Part shown: positions 12,385 to 25,510 of the stretch, piece by piece
How the letters are laid out: every line of letters begins with the position of its first letter
Position numbering within the stretch: position 1 is the stretch's first letter
Assembly (NCBI GenBank): GCA_008632985.1
Contig: QPGO01000143.1
Location: forward strand, 62,001 to 126,000
Reading direction: 5' to 3'
DNA length: 64,000 nt
Source: Psammoneis japonica
Lineage: Eukaryota
The notes under the pieces: generated by a model
Told to the model about the DNA's origin: nothing
Database searches by the model: none
What the model saw: only the letters and a program-made list of their open reading frames with translations
Translations under genes and position numbers: made by a program

Positions 12385-13150
12385 AGGGCGACAGCAGCAG
12401 CAGCAGTAGTGACGGCGACATGAGGGACAGCAGCAGTGAGGAGGAGTCAAAGCCATCACACAGTGGCCGCTACAGCAGCAGCAGCAGTGCCGTCCTTCAT
12501 GCTACTTTCTTTCTCGTGGCCATTGCCACTTCCATGGCAGCTGCCCTTGCCCTTGCCCTTGCTGCGCTTGCTCGAGCTGCCACCCTTGCCCTTGCCACTG
12601 CTGCTGCAGTGGCCACTGTGTGATGGCTTTGACTCGGGCGCCAACTCCTCACAGATTGACTCGGTCCTGTCACAGACTGACCATTTTTGTGGAATCTTGC
12701 TCAGTCACACCGCTGCCTTTCATCATCCCAAACTGGAGTTTGCCAAAAGTCTCACTTCCTGCCCCCCAACCTGAACCCCAAACCCCAACCCTGACAGTGC
12801 AAAACTGTTTTTTCTAAATGCTGGGATGCAGAAGTGGCGAAGTGGTGTGTGTTGATTCAGTCATGGGTTCCTGTTTTTGACTTGATCTGTGACGGGCACA
12901 AGCCAATCTGTCAGGGGTGTTTTTTCCTCCAGGAAGAGCTTCAAATGATTTTTCCAAGCTTCTGTTGAAAACATCGCTGAAGGATGTTAAAAGCTGTCCT
13001 TCTTTTGGCAATCGAGACCCACTTTTCTTCATGCCCCACCCCCAACAAACCAGTCGCACAGTGCACATTTTTCATTTCATTGCAAAAAAGACTGGATTCT
13101 CGTGTCTCTCCAGGTGCTGCACATGCAAACATCAATGAACAGAGCACTCT
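12385..13150. pseudogene. Rearranged, hypermutated tandem copy of the 11749..12186 gene
   Basis: 12385-12487 is a direct copy of the mid-CDS, about 12487-12635 is an inverted copy of the 3' CDS, and about 12926-13150 is a direct copy of the stop codon and 3'UTR. TA has been replaced by TG or CA. Confidence 0.85.
12645..12917. mobile_element. Degenerate MITE-like insertion inside the pseudogene
   Basis: Imperfect TIRs cctcacagattgactcggtcctgtcacaga / tctgtgacgggcacaagccaatctgtcagg. It separates two parts of the gene copy. Confidence 0.55.
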
Positions 13151-16100
13151 TGCTTGTGATTTTTTAACCGAAAGCAATGGCACTAAAAATGAAGCACTGG
13201 ACGACAATGTGGGAGCAAACACTGAACAGTCATTTTTTTGCCCATTGCGCACAACACAAAAACAGCTGAGTGCCATCATCACGGTTTGATGAGATGCCCA
13301 TTGAAAAGAAATGATCCACAATTGTGGTTGCTTCCTCGAAACAGAGCACAACAAATGCTGTGTCTGTCTGCATCACATTCCTGTCTCTGTTGGCATGCCA
13401 TTGTGTTGAGTTTGTGGGCTGGCATCTGGCCTTGTTTGCTCTGCTGGTGACTGCAATGGACACCCACCCCTGTTCTGCCTTTGTGACACCCAGATCTTTG
13501 TCAGACTCCTCCTCTCTGGAAACTGAATCTCAGAAATGTGCTGCTGAGGTGTGCTCTGAGCTCTCTCCACCCGGCACCTTGTGACAGGCACTTTTTGCCA
13601 GCCAGCCAAACTTCTTGTTGAGTTGTCGCCACACAAAAAAGCTGATGGTTGTTTCACATGACTCTGCTGATGCACGCATTTGTGACATGATGTGCAAAAA
13701 GCCCAAACCCAAGAAAGTGCATGTTTTGCAAGATGCAAGCTTGGCTGCATGTTGCCATGCAAGCATCTTGCCAATGACAGATGGAGACCCACACAAAGCA
13801 CTCCAAAAAGGGTGCTGCAGTGTTGATGACATGAGCACCTTCTTTTTGAACCTTGTTGCAACAATTTTTCCACAGATTCTCTCACAACATGTGTGCTGCA
13901 ATGGCCTGTGATTTTCACCACTGCCAAAGAAAATGCCCATGTTGTGTGCTGCACTGTCTGCAAAATGAGCATGCTGCATGATGCACAGAGGCATTGTGGC
14001 CCAGCTTGCTTTCTAAGGAGGTTGTCCTTCAGGGCTCAAAACACTGAAGCGTGCCATGCCAGCTCTTTTGGCATTTGGAAAAAGCAGGGGCAAGTGAAGT
14101 GCCCCACTGTGTTTGCTGCTTTCACAGCCCATTTTTCAAAAATGGTCTCTTGTGTGTGTCTTGCTTTGCAGCCACACATGGGGGCAACAAAAGCGTGCAC
14201 AGCACACGAAGCAACAACCTCCCTCTGTCTTGCTCCAGAACAGCACGCAGCTCCATTTGCCATGTTGTTGCTTCTTGGCTTTCTGACAGAGACAGACAGT
14301 GAAGTTCCCACTCACACTTGCTTGGTGGCATGGGGGAACACACAAAAAAAAAGCTGTTGCAAGCTTCTGTTCCCCATGTGCAGCACAAAGTTGTGCCCTG
14401 GGAAGGTCTTCTTTGACAAGTGTGGAGACCAAAACAAAAGAAATCTGTCTCCAAGCAATCCAAACTGCCCCAACTGATGCTGCCAGCAACCAAGGCAGTG
14501 GCATCATGGTTTGCTTGCAGCTCTTACAAACCAGCTTTTGCTGCTCAGTTGTTGACAAAGAAATGACGAATGAGGAGATGCTGTGTTGAAGGCATGCTTG
14601 GCAAACAGCTGGACAGTGGGCCTGTTTGGCTGCAGCCACAACTCATTCAGTTGTGCTCAGGCAAGCCACTCATGATGAAATTCAAAGGAGGTCAATGTTC
14701 TGCTGAGACAGCTTCTTTGACTTTTTTGCAAATGCATGTGTGTTGCCAGAGACATGCGTGCCTTTTTCCTCTGCACTTTGCTGGAAAAGCAGGTTGCTGG
14801 AATTTGCCTGGGACCCTCTGTCCTCTGTCCAACAAAGCAGTGCTTCCGGCACACTTGAGCTGACCCACCTTTGTGTGGCACTCTTTTGCACATTGTCAAA
14901 ATCTTTTGCTGAGCAGCAAGAAGAGCAGCTCTCATGGTCAACATGTGGTCATGGTGGATGGTGGCAGCACTTGCATGTGTGTGGTGTGTGGACAACGCAA
15001 AAACAAATCATGAAACCCCAAGCTTTTGCTTTGCCATCAGAGAAGCAGCACAGCAAGAGAGTTGAGGCCAGTTTGACAATGTTTGGGGCACAGAAGCAAG
15101 GGTGGAATGACACACTGGCGAGGCAGCAACCCTGCCACAGTGCCAGCCATTTTCTCCAAGTGCTCCTGCTGGGCTCACCAAAGCTTTTAAGAACACCATC
15201 GCAAAGCAGCCACCAGCCACACCATGACTGGCCTTGCTGGAAGTGCTCCTCATGTGACTTGCAGCATCACACCAACTTGGAATCAGGCTGGTTGGGATTG
15301 GGGAGGTGGTGGCAAGTGCCAGCAGGGCAGGGCAGGGACGGACGACAGTTCAAAACATGCGTGGAAACCAACTGTTGCACAGACAGACTGCCACTGTGAA
15401 ACCCGCCCCCGTGTGCCCACTGCCCATCATGATGCTGAAGTGTCAATGCCGACAATGGCAAGAACAACAGTGTTGGTTCCAGGCTGTGATGCTGCTCCAT
15501 CTTCAGCACAAAAGCAGAACACACGCACAACAAGACAAGGCTTCTTCATCATGACAAGCCTCCTCGAAGGTGTCCCAGGAGAGCTCATCCAGAAGATTCT
15601 CATCCTTGCAGCTGATGACACAAAAACATTGCAGTGGTGTGAGCAAACGTGCAGAACCCTGTGTCGAGTGGCCTGCAAATGACATGATGTGGAAGCATCT
15701 TGGCAACTGTGGGGAGTTTAGAGAGGATGTCTGACTGCAGTCCAACCACGGTCATGCTTGTGTGGTGAGTGCATGCAACATGATTCGCAGGGAGCAGAGG
15801 AGGGCAACAAACATGCTCACAGACAAGCTTGGTGTGGTTGGATGGCATGATCTCCTCTTCTTGTTTGTTTCAGCCAACCACTGCCGATTCCAGTTTTGAG
15901 GTGACACCATGCTCTGCACATTGCAGAGAATTCAATTGAGGTTGCGGAGGCCACTGGCTTGCACCCAGTTTTGACAAAATGGAATTTTTGGCATTGTGCT
16001 TGTTGTTGCAGGAGTTAAAAGTGGATCCCAATGGGTTGAAGCATGGTGGTCACTTGTTGACTTTAAATTGTGAACTGGAAACACTGGGTGACAACAATGC

Positions 16101-19100
16101 CCTCCTCTGTGAACGCATCATTTGTCGGCTGCCCCACCATGCTCAAGAAGTCAGCAAAGCCAAGGACCAGCATGAGTGCAAAGGCAATGTTGACATGGCA
16201 GAACTGTGATTGCCAAGAAGGAGGAGTGTGGCATTGTGAGCACATCTGATGACAAAAGTGAGTGAGTGAGACCTGTGGCAATGTGCAAGTGACAGCGGTT
16301 TGGCAATTTGAAGATGACGATGTGATTCAACTGATCATGAAGTTGCGTCACAGTGCTTGGTCTGAGGTCATTGGTGTGTTTTCATGCACAGTGCCAACGT
16401 CTCTGCTCATGCTCATGTTGCATCTTGCCAGTTGCTTTGCTTGAGTCTCCATTGCTTTGAAGCATGAGATTGCTGATTGAGCGACACAACATGGGTGCTG
16501 TTTGAATGTTGCATGTTCCGTTTGCTGTTGCTGCTGACATTTCTGGTCTCCTTTGTTTTAGCTCTGGCCAGAAACCAAGGCAATGAGTGCCACCTCTGCT
16601 GGAATGTGTTGACAGCGCCTGTTGCAAAGAGTGCTGTCAGTGTTGATGAGGATGGCCTTGTGGTGAGTTGGAGTTCAACAAGTCGTTCATCATCCCAAAA
16701 GAAAAGTCACGTTGCAGACAGGGCAATCAAAGCATGTTGCAATCACATCAATTGCTCCACATGGGGGGTCTTGAGGATGCTGTCACTGTGTTGACACTGC
16801 CTGCTTCAATGACTCCATTTGACCCAATCAAGGCAAATGAAATCAAACAATGTGTGCATGGATTTAAAAAAATCCAGTGTGAAGAGTGGTGCTGCAAAAG
16901 TGGTCCTTCTTCATTTGGGTGTCAAAGACATGCAAACACATTCATCACACCCCAGCATGTGAACTGCAGAGCTTGCAAGTGGAGTTCTGTGGGCCCAAGT
17001 CACATGATGGAGTGCTGCCCAAGGCTGGAGCTCATTGGCAGGGGGCTTGCATCCACATGATGCATGTCATGTGCTCTGTGCACTTTTTTGTGGCACTGCT
17101 GCTTGCTGCTGTGATGCTTCATGGTGTGCAATGGAGGTGGCAAGTGAGCTTTGGTCCAGTGCAAATGGGTCCAGCAGGGTGTTGGCTCCTCAATTGGGTG
17201 GATGGAGGCAGGCATGCAGGGGAGGGGGGGGCAAACAAGCAGCAGAGCTGCCAATGCTGGGGCCATGTGGGGTGGTCCAAAAAACTCACAATTAAGATTT
17301 GAAGCAAAGGCCAGGAGTCAGGGCATGGCAGGCACACTCTAACTCCAGGTGGGGTGCTTTTGGAGACATTCTAAAAAAGAGCTTGTCAAAAAAGCAGCAT
17401 CACACAGAGAACAAAGATGTGCATGTAATTTTGCCCCACCACGGGGGCAAAACTTGTCAAAATTGAAGGAGGGCTGGTTCAGGTGCACATGTGATCTGTG
17501 CCGGGTGGACGACTGTCCTTAGAGAAGGGAGAGCTCTGTTGCACAAAATTTTGCAATGGCAAACTTGGGCAGATCTCATCATGCAAGTGAAAGAGCAGCC
17601 TGTCAACACCACCTCCTTTTTTAAAAAAGATGCCATTTGCTCTTTTGTCATTCCTGCCAGCTTGAAGATGCCACTGCCAGCTCTCGACAGTCACTGTCTC
17701 AGAGCAGAGCCACCAAGAGATGTGGCACCACCCCTGGCGGGCAGTGTGTGGGGTGTGGGCTTTTTTTCATGCAGCCAATGCCTCTGCCAATGTGGGTTTG
17801 AGCACTGCAGTGGAGCTGATTTGCCACAAACTTGGCCAGTTTTTGTTGTCATTTTGTGGGGGAGAAAAGCATTTGCTTTGAGGATGATGATCCTCACTCA
17901 TGGAGGGCTTTGAGGATGATGACCCTCACTCACAGAGGGCTGCCCAGACTCAATTGCCAAAGGGAGCAACAACCAACCCAACCTCAAGAAATTTCATTTC
18001 TCACTCTTTTTTCTCACTCTTTGTCCTCTGAACAATGGGGTGCAAGAAGAGCAACAACCAACCAGTGGCACTGAAAAATGCAGCATGAGCTGTCATTCAG
18101 TTTTGCTCTTTTCCTCACTCCCCACACCACAGCTCCAGCCCTTGCACAAAGAAGCTGACCACATTTGTCAACACACACACTGCACTCTTGTGCACAGCCT
18201 TTCCCACGAGGTGTTGGCTGCTTCGCACTTGTTTCTTGGCTTCTTCTGCAGGAGAACATCCTTGATTGGGTGCTCAAGAAATGGAAAATGGGTGTTGCAC
18301 AAAAGGCACAGCAAACAATTGTGGTGATGGGACCGCACACCATGTGGTTTTGGAGCCAAGTTCTTCCCACCCAGTTCCTGATGGGCTTCATTGCTGCAGG
18401 AACTTGTGAGTTTGATGACAATTTTCTCATTTGCATCCTCTTGTCAGCCAAGAAATGTGTGCTCAATGGGTTCTTTGCAAACAAGGCCTCACAGAAAATC
18501 TTCACCTTGATGCCGTCATTTTGCATTGGAGGCTCCTTTGGAGTGAAGGCTGAGACTTGACATCCTCCTCCATTGGACTTGTGGCAGCAATGGATTCTCC
18601 ATGCCAGCCAATCATGCAGATGCTAAAAACTGACGCACAAGGCATGCAAAGGCAACCCTGCTTCAGTTTCAGGTGTCATCTCTGTGGGACATTGACAAAA
18701 GAAGGCACATTGGAGCCAAGTGGTTGCACACAAATGCAGCCCCAGACAACCCCATTTCTTGGCTCAAGACCTTGAGCATCAACCAAGGACAACAATGTGT
18801 TTTGAAGGATCATCCTGCTGGCCTGCCCAGCAGCAAACATGCAGCAACCAGCATTCTGGAGGTGTGGGCCTGAATCCCCTTTTCCCTTCTCATTCTCATG
18901 CTTCACATTGAAGAACAAGAAATCTTGTCTGCTTGACCCATCTGGGGGTCTTTGGTTCCAGATGCTTCTCTTGCTCTGATGCCAAGGCCCAGCAGAGTGG
19001 CAACGCATTTCTGCAGAATGGCACTGACAATGTTGTGCTGAGCATTTTCCAATGTGAAGCCATGGGGCATTGTTGTGACCAGCTCTGTTTGAAGTTTCCA

Positions 19101-21141
19101 ATCAACAGCCTCTGGTGAGCTTGTTTCTAAGATGTCTGAGATTTCTGTGCAAAAGTGTGGTGCATGAGAGATGCACTTGTCAAAGATTTCCTGCTGGTTG
19201 AAGACAGAAGATGGTGTGCTCTTGTTTCTGCTGCCAGTGAACCCAGCTGTCTTCCTGGCCAGTGTTGGCAACTGTGAATGCCAAAGGTGTTGGAAGGTTG
19301 TTGAATCTCCTGCAGTCATCACACTTTTGTTTTTTTGCTCCTTGTTTCTGAACAAAAGCCAAAGAATTTCAATGCAAAAAAGCTTGTTTCCCAGGGATGC
19401 CTCAACAATTGCTTCCTTCATTTCTTTCATTCCTGTCAACACCATCCCATTGTTCCTGAAACACTGCTGTGACAATGGCTTGTTGGCAAGATTCAGCTCC
19501 ACCAGACAATCGGCAAGCTCTTTTTGTGTTTTTTGTTCCATCCACACATCTTTGAATGTGTGCTCTGCTGCTTCCTTAAAGTCATGTTTTTGACAAAGTC
19601 TCCAACAGCTGGAAAATGACAACAATGACAACAACACCATCTCCCTCCTTTTTTCTTGTTTCAGCGACCCTGGGTGTGTTTTGTGCAACTTGTGCATGCT
19701 GCACCCACCTTGCCAACATTTCTTGGCCTGTCCATCATCAGGGATTGATGACCTTCTCCTGCATGTGTTGCGAAGTCCACTTGGAAAGACACCAACAGGT
19801 GCAGCACGGTGCTTTTCACAAGTTGATTGATTGCAAGGATCACTCAAATGCAGTGAAGCCATTGCCAGTGCATGCAACAACATGTCCACATTTGTTGCCA
19901 GCGCTGACAAGGTGATCATGATGAGCCATGTTGGATTTAGAGAAGAGGAGCTCAACGGCATTCGTGGCCTCTGGCTGAGGCTGCCTCCTTCAAAAAGATG
20001 GTGCCAACACTTTGTTTTGTGTGCTTGCTTGGTCTTGGTGCCAATGCCTGCTGGTTGTTGTGCATTTCCATCAACCTCAATTAATTTGGTGCCACCTTGC
20101 ACCACTTGTTGCCTGCCAAACTGCCAAACCAGCATCTTCCTTTAATGTGCAATGTGCCTTTGCTCATTTCATGGGCTTGTCCACATTGTTCATTGAGATT
20201 GCTGCAGAGCTGCTGACAAAATGGGAATCATGGAATTGTGCTCAGGATTTCAGAGCAAAATCTTTGCAACAACCTCAAAGGGACACCGCGGCCTTGCAAT
20301 TTCCCCAACACAGCAATTTGGCTCAGATTCAGCAGTGGGCAAAGGAAGTGAGGGATTTGGCACCCATGGTTGATGGCCAATGACCCCTCCTTGAAGCACT
20401 TGAAGGCCACAAGCTGTCAAAGAGAGTGCACAGTGGAGCAAACAGAAGTTGCACACTGGCTCTGCAGCATGCTGCAAGTGGCAGATGTGAAGTGTTGGAG
20501 ATGCATGTCATTGCCTTGTTGGTGGCCATGGCAATGATTGGTCAGATTTTCTTGTTCCTCTCTCCCAAAAAGCATCTTGCAAGGTCTCCAGCAGTTTCAG
20601 AATGTGACATTTCATTGTGTGCTCTTCCAGCTGTTGAGGCTCTTTTGGCGCAACTGCAACAGAAGATTTCACTCCCTTTGGCAATGCCAAATCAGAGGCA
20701 ATGCACTGCATGTCTTGTGGTGGTGCAGTTGTGCCAGGTGGATGAACATTGAGATCACCAGCACTGCAGCAGTGAAGAGATGCCTTTCTGTTGGTCCACA
20801 TTGCTTCCTGGAGATCTGCAAAATTGTCAAAAGGCCTTTTGACCTTGACCTTCTTCTCAAAGTTGTCACTGGCACAGACTGTCACACCACACCACATCTG
20901 CTGCCATGGTGGTCCAATGGAGTCCAGCATGGTGTGGCAGAAAAGTGAATTTCTGCTTCATCTTTGACACAAACTTAACAACACATGACAACAATGGTCT
21001 CTGCCATTTGATTCTTTGTGGATGATGATGCACAAAACCAAAACCACTCATCACTCTGTTTGTCTCATCTCTTGGCTTCAAAAAGGCCCCAAAACCAGAG
21101 CATCTGTGTGTCTGAAAGACCACCCCAACTTTTAAAATTTC

Positions 21142-21143
<2 letters not shown>

Positions 21144-21183
<40 letters not shown>

Positions 21184-21265
21184 CGTCGTCGCTGTTGTCA
21201 TCACTGTTGTCGCTGTTGTTGTCGCTGTTGTCGCTGTTGTTGTCGCTGTTGTTGTTGCTGTTGTC
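21144..21265. repeat. (TTG)n / (GTC,GCT,GTT)n trinucleotide microsatellite
   Basis: About 13 pure TTG units followed by degenerate gtcgctgtt units. Would read as poly-Asn/Asp/Ser on the minus strand. Confidence 0.9.
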
Positions 21266-24200
21266 TACAAGTGCATGGATGAAATGAATTTTTTTCAAAA
21301 TTCACAGAAAGGAAGGGCTTCACTGGCATTGGTGACACCAAATTGCACCACACAGTGTCAGTGGGTGGTGCTGCATCCTTGAACCATGGGGCACCACAAA
21401 CTGAGTTGGCATGTTTTTTTTTTCTTCTTTGGCATTCAATCAGTGGCAGTGGCTCATGACACAACAAAGTTGGTGGTCATGCACAGAGTCAAAAGACAAA
21501 ACAGATGCCTGATTGACACAAGGCCAACCACACCCCCCACAGGAGGAGGCTTCTCTTGCCAGCATGCTGTCACCCACTCTCTGCTTGGGCTCATCCACCA
21601 CAGCATTCCAAGTGTTCAAGTTTTTCATCTGTTCATGGCAAGAGAGACACCATGTTGCACTTTCAATGTTCCTGCTGTCTTGTGCTCTGTTTGGCCCATC
21701 ATTGCACGCAACAGTCTTGTTGGTCTTCCACTTCTTGTTGTGATGATTGCCTGTGTCATTTCAAACAAGCACTCAATTTTGCCAGGGGGGAAAGTTTGTC
21801 AACCAGTTAAGATGATGTCACTTGTGAACTCAACAACACACTTGGATGAGTGGAGTGCAGGCAGGGACCAGCCCTGATGCACCAACACAACCACAGTCTT
21901 TTTTTCACCATGCAGGGCAGCAACAAAAAGTTTCTTTGCAAAGTGCAAGCAACTGCATTTGTCTTTCATTGTCCAATGCTTCCAAAAAGAGCTGAGCTGC
22001 AACCACAGTGGGGCCAACAGGGAGCTGGGAGTTTTGACCATCAGATTGTGCAAAGCAACTCTTGTTGTGCTGAGGGTCTCCAGCCATTGTGAAGTTTCTT
22101 CATTGAACACTTCTGCATTTGACAAAACTCTGACTGACTTTTGCATTCACTGCCACTGTCAAATCTGCAAAAAGACAACAACAGTCCATGTTTTGTGTGT
22201 GCCAGCTTTTTGTTGACTTCTGACCACCACTGCACTGCTGTTCATGGTGCACACTGGATGTTGTTGCTGCTGCTCAGTGGCCATTTTAGAAAAGTCTCAG
22301 AAAAGCCCCTGAAGTCATGACAGAGCTGCAAGGTGCAAGTGCAGCTTGCCAGAGCCATCGCTGGATTGCTTGCTGAGCTGCAGCTTTGTTCTTTGTGCAA
22401 TGCTCCCAAGCCAATTGGAGAAGCATCAGATGCAAGCACCACATGGGGTTGCCAAAGATTGTGCCCAACTCTGAGCCACCCCCACTTGCCTTGTGTGCCA
22501 CACATTGTGCTGCCACATTTGCAAGGCTTTTTGAGAGTGGAAAAGTTGGGCTGAAGGGGCTGGTTGCAACAGGATCAATCAGCACAAGAAAAGGGGGATG
22601 CAACCCCACACCAACCATTGCCATGCAAGGCAGCTCCATTGTGCACGTTTTCACAAGGACAGAGACACTTGTTTGCAGCCACCAGCTGACCTTGGGTCCA
22701 ATGAATCTGCAGCACATCCCAGAGCCAATTTTGGGATCTGGAAGAATCATCACTGCATCAACTTTCAAAAAAGTCAGCCAGTGTGCCACCAGCAAGACCA
22801 CCTAAGTCTTGAGTGGCAACACAAAAGTTTGGCAGGCTCTTGAGTCAGAAGAATTTCACACCCATGTCTCTGTCATGGTCATCACTGCTGTTTTGTTGCC
22901 CCCCATTGTCACCACCCATGTGACACCACCTCCATCAACCCTGCTGCTGCCACTGCTTTTACCACCACAGCCATTGGCTTGCTGTCTCCCTTGGAACTTG
23001 TCAGCCAAGATGCGGCTGCCTTGGTTGACAGCCACAGTTTTGAGTGGGCTGGGTCAACTGGGAAAATGCTCCATTTCAGGCAGTGCTGAAGCTTGGTTGG
23101 TTCCGTCAAGAAGCTGTTGCTGTTGGTCAGGTTGCTCAAATGTGGGAAGCCCTGCTGCACATTGTGAGAACAAAAAACACTGCAGAGTGCACTTTAAATG
23201 AGTCTGCCTGCCATGTTGTGGCTTGCTGTCTCATGAGCAAAATGGTTGCTGCAAAAGATTGGATTTGAAGAAAGAGCCATTCGGCTCATGCCATGTGATG
23301 TGATCTGGAGTTGCAAAAGGCTGGAGTGCTGGCCCAGTCATGCTGCTGGCCTGGATGCAAGAAAGAAATGGACAGATGTGACAATGAAAAAAAGATTGCA
23401 AACCAAGCAACACAATGTGACAAGACATGAGTGTTTGCTGCAAAAAAGATGTGAGCTGTGTCTCAGCTCATGCCAATCTGAGAGGTTTGCCAGACATGGT
23501 CTTGAAAGACTTGAAGACAAGCAATCTGACAGCTCCCACACTCTCTTCTCAGAGATGGAGCTGCCCCTCTTTTGGAGGTTTGCTTGCTCCAGTTTCCAGC
23601 AACAACAGTGGAATTGGCAAACAAAAACAGCACACAAAAGCAACAGTTGACAACAGATCCTCGAGCTCATTTTGATGTCAGTGTTCAAATTGTTGCCAGC
23701 AAAATCACACTGCAACCCAAGTCAAGAGAACTTGGCTGGTGGGCTCACCTTGATGGTGAGATTCTTGTGGCTGACAATCTACAACATGGAACGAGCCAAC
23801 TGTGGCAGCTGCAAAGAGTCAGAGTGTTTCGGCCATGTTGTCAGGCACACAGCAAGCAAACTGACAAACAAGAGTGGAAAGAAATGTGCTCCAACCTGTT
23901 CTCTGGGTTGAGCAGCGAGTTTCACATTTGTGACTGAGTCAGTCATCAGGATCATCAAATGCTTCCTGCCCATTGTTTTGCACTCACAACACCCATGTGC
24001 ATCCAAGGAGGATCCAGTCCCTTGACTGGTGTGCATTTGCTGGAGAGAAAGCTTTGGAGCGAGTGTGTTTGTCTGCAGTGCTGTCAGACTCGCTCCATGG
24101 TGTTGACAATGCTGGCAGATGATGAGTCAGGCCAAGCAAGTGCATGATCAGTGGGTCACATGAGAGTGTCACAGAACAGCAAACTGCGGCACTTTGTGCT

Positions 24201-24899
24201 TGGGCTGCGCTTTGGCTCCATCTGCTGTGTGTTGTGTTCGTGCTCTAAACTTGGCATCTTTTGGGGTTGCCACCACACATGATGTTTGGTTGACATGAAG
24301 CAACTGAAGCTGGACTGCCTCCAATCAAAATCACATGCAACCAATCGGACCAGAAGCCCACACCTTTTCTTGCTCAGAAGCACTGCCCGCCAGGGGGTGC
24401 TTCGACTCAAGCGTGTGGGGGCTCTCAACCCCGCTGTGAGTGCTCCTCAGTGCGCAGGTTCAAACCATCCATTTGACTCTTTGATGTGTCTTTCTTGCTC
24501 TTTCTGTGTGCAATCAGATGCAGACTATTTTTCAATCTTGTTGGGCCAAGCAATTGCAGATTTGGCCACAGTCTCTGTCATTTTCAAAGTTTGTTTTGCA
24601 CACTGTGTGATCAAATCCTTGCTGCAGCATTGTTTTCCTCCAATCCACTGCCCACCAAGATGAAATGAGATGTTCCATAACCAAGAAGCGTTCTGCACCT
24701 GACAAGATTGGTGGCACTCATCTTGCATTTGATGAAAGATGGCAATGTGGAACGAAGCAAAGAAAGGGAAAAGTGAAAAGAGGTTTGTCACAAAGCCTTT
24801 AACTTATGGGCACTGCGCAATCCCAGCAGTCCGCGCCGTAGACTTCTACGTGTCTCTCACTGTCGCGTCATCGTTGGGGGTTGGGGGCCATCATGGGCT

Positions 24900-24984
24900 C
24901 ATGGCACAAGTTTCACCCATGATAAGCCTCTTCGCTTGGGGGCACCAGCATGGCACAAGTTTCACCCATGATAAGCGTCTTCGC
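24900..24984. repeat. Two-copy direct repeat, period 49 bp, at the right edge of domain 2
   Basis: catggcacaagtttcacccatgataagc(c/g)tcttcgc at 24900 and 24949. Confidence 0.85.
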
Positions 24985-25510
24985 ATGGATCAAGTGCGTC
25001 GCGAGGTCAGGTGTCTCAGGCACAGGGAGTCTCGCGTAGACGGACTGATGACAAGCCCGCTGCATGTCAAGACTTCACAAGACTTTGTTCTCCCTCGCTG
25101 ATGCTGCCATGCAATTCCTGTTGAAGTAAAGTATTTATTCATCTTTTAATGCTATTTTTCTGAGACAAAACATTCATGCTACCGGTACATTGCATGATGT
25201 TGGACGTGCACTACTGGTAGTTCAACCTTCCACAGAGATTCTGAGTATTCCCATTCAGTGTCCATCCCCGGAAGTCACTTAAAAATGAAGATATGAAATA
25301 TGAAATGGAAATGTTCAAACGTACGCCGGTGAGGCTCGGCTCCTCATCACCATTCCCAATGCACCCTACAATAACGACACGAGATGAAAAGGTTCTGTTC
25401 AAACAGAGTCTGGTCTCGGCTCCCTCTGCCTGTCCACAAAACAAACAACAAGTTATACGAAACGAAAAAAGAGTCCTCTCCCTCTTTGGTTGTGCCATTG
25501 TCACACGATT

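Larger units (their letters stand above)
12490..24800. other. TpA- and CpG-depleted hypermutated domain 2 (decayed TE and gene relics)
   Basis: Roughly 40 TA in 12.3 kb, mostly TTAA/CTAA/TTAG; CpG is also scarce. Relic motifs include an F-box-like LLEGVPGELIQKIL (about 15560) and an RNase-H-like VVLASDASPIGLGA (minus strand, about 22400-22445). Confidence 0.85.

Noticed and set aside
24900..24984. CRISPR-like repeat-spacer
   Set aside because: Only two copies, a spacer of about 13 bp, eukaryotic context and no cas genes.
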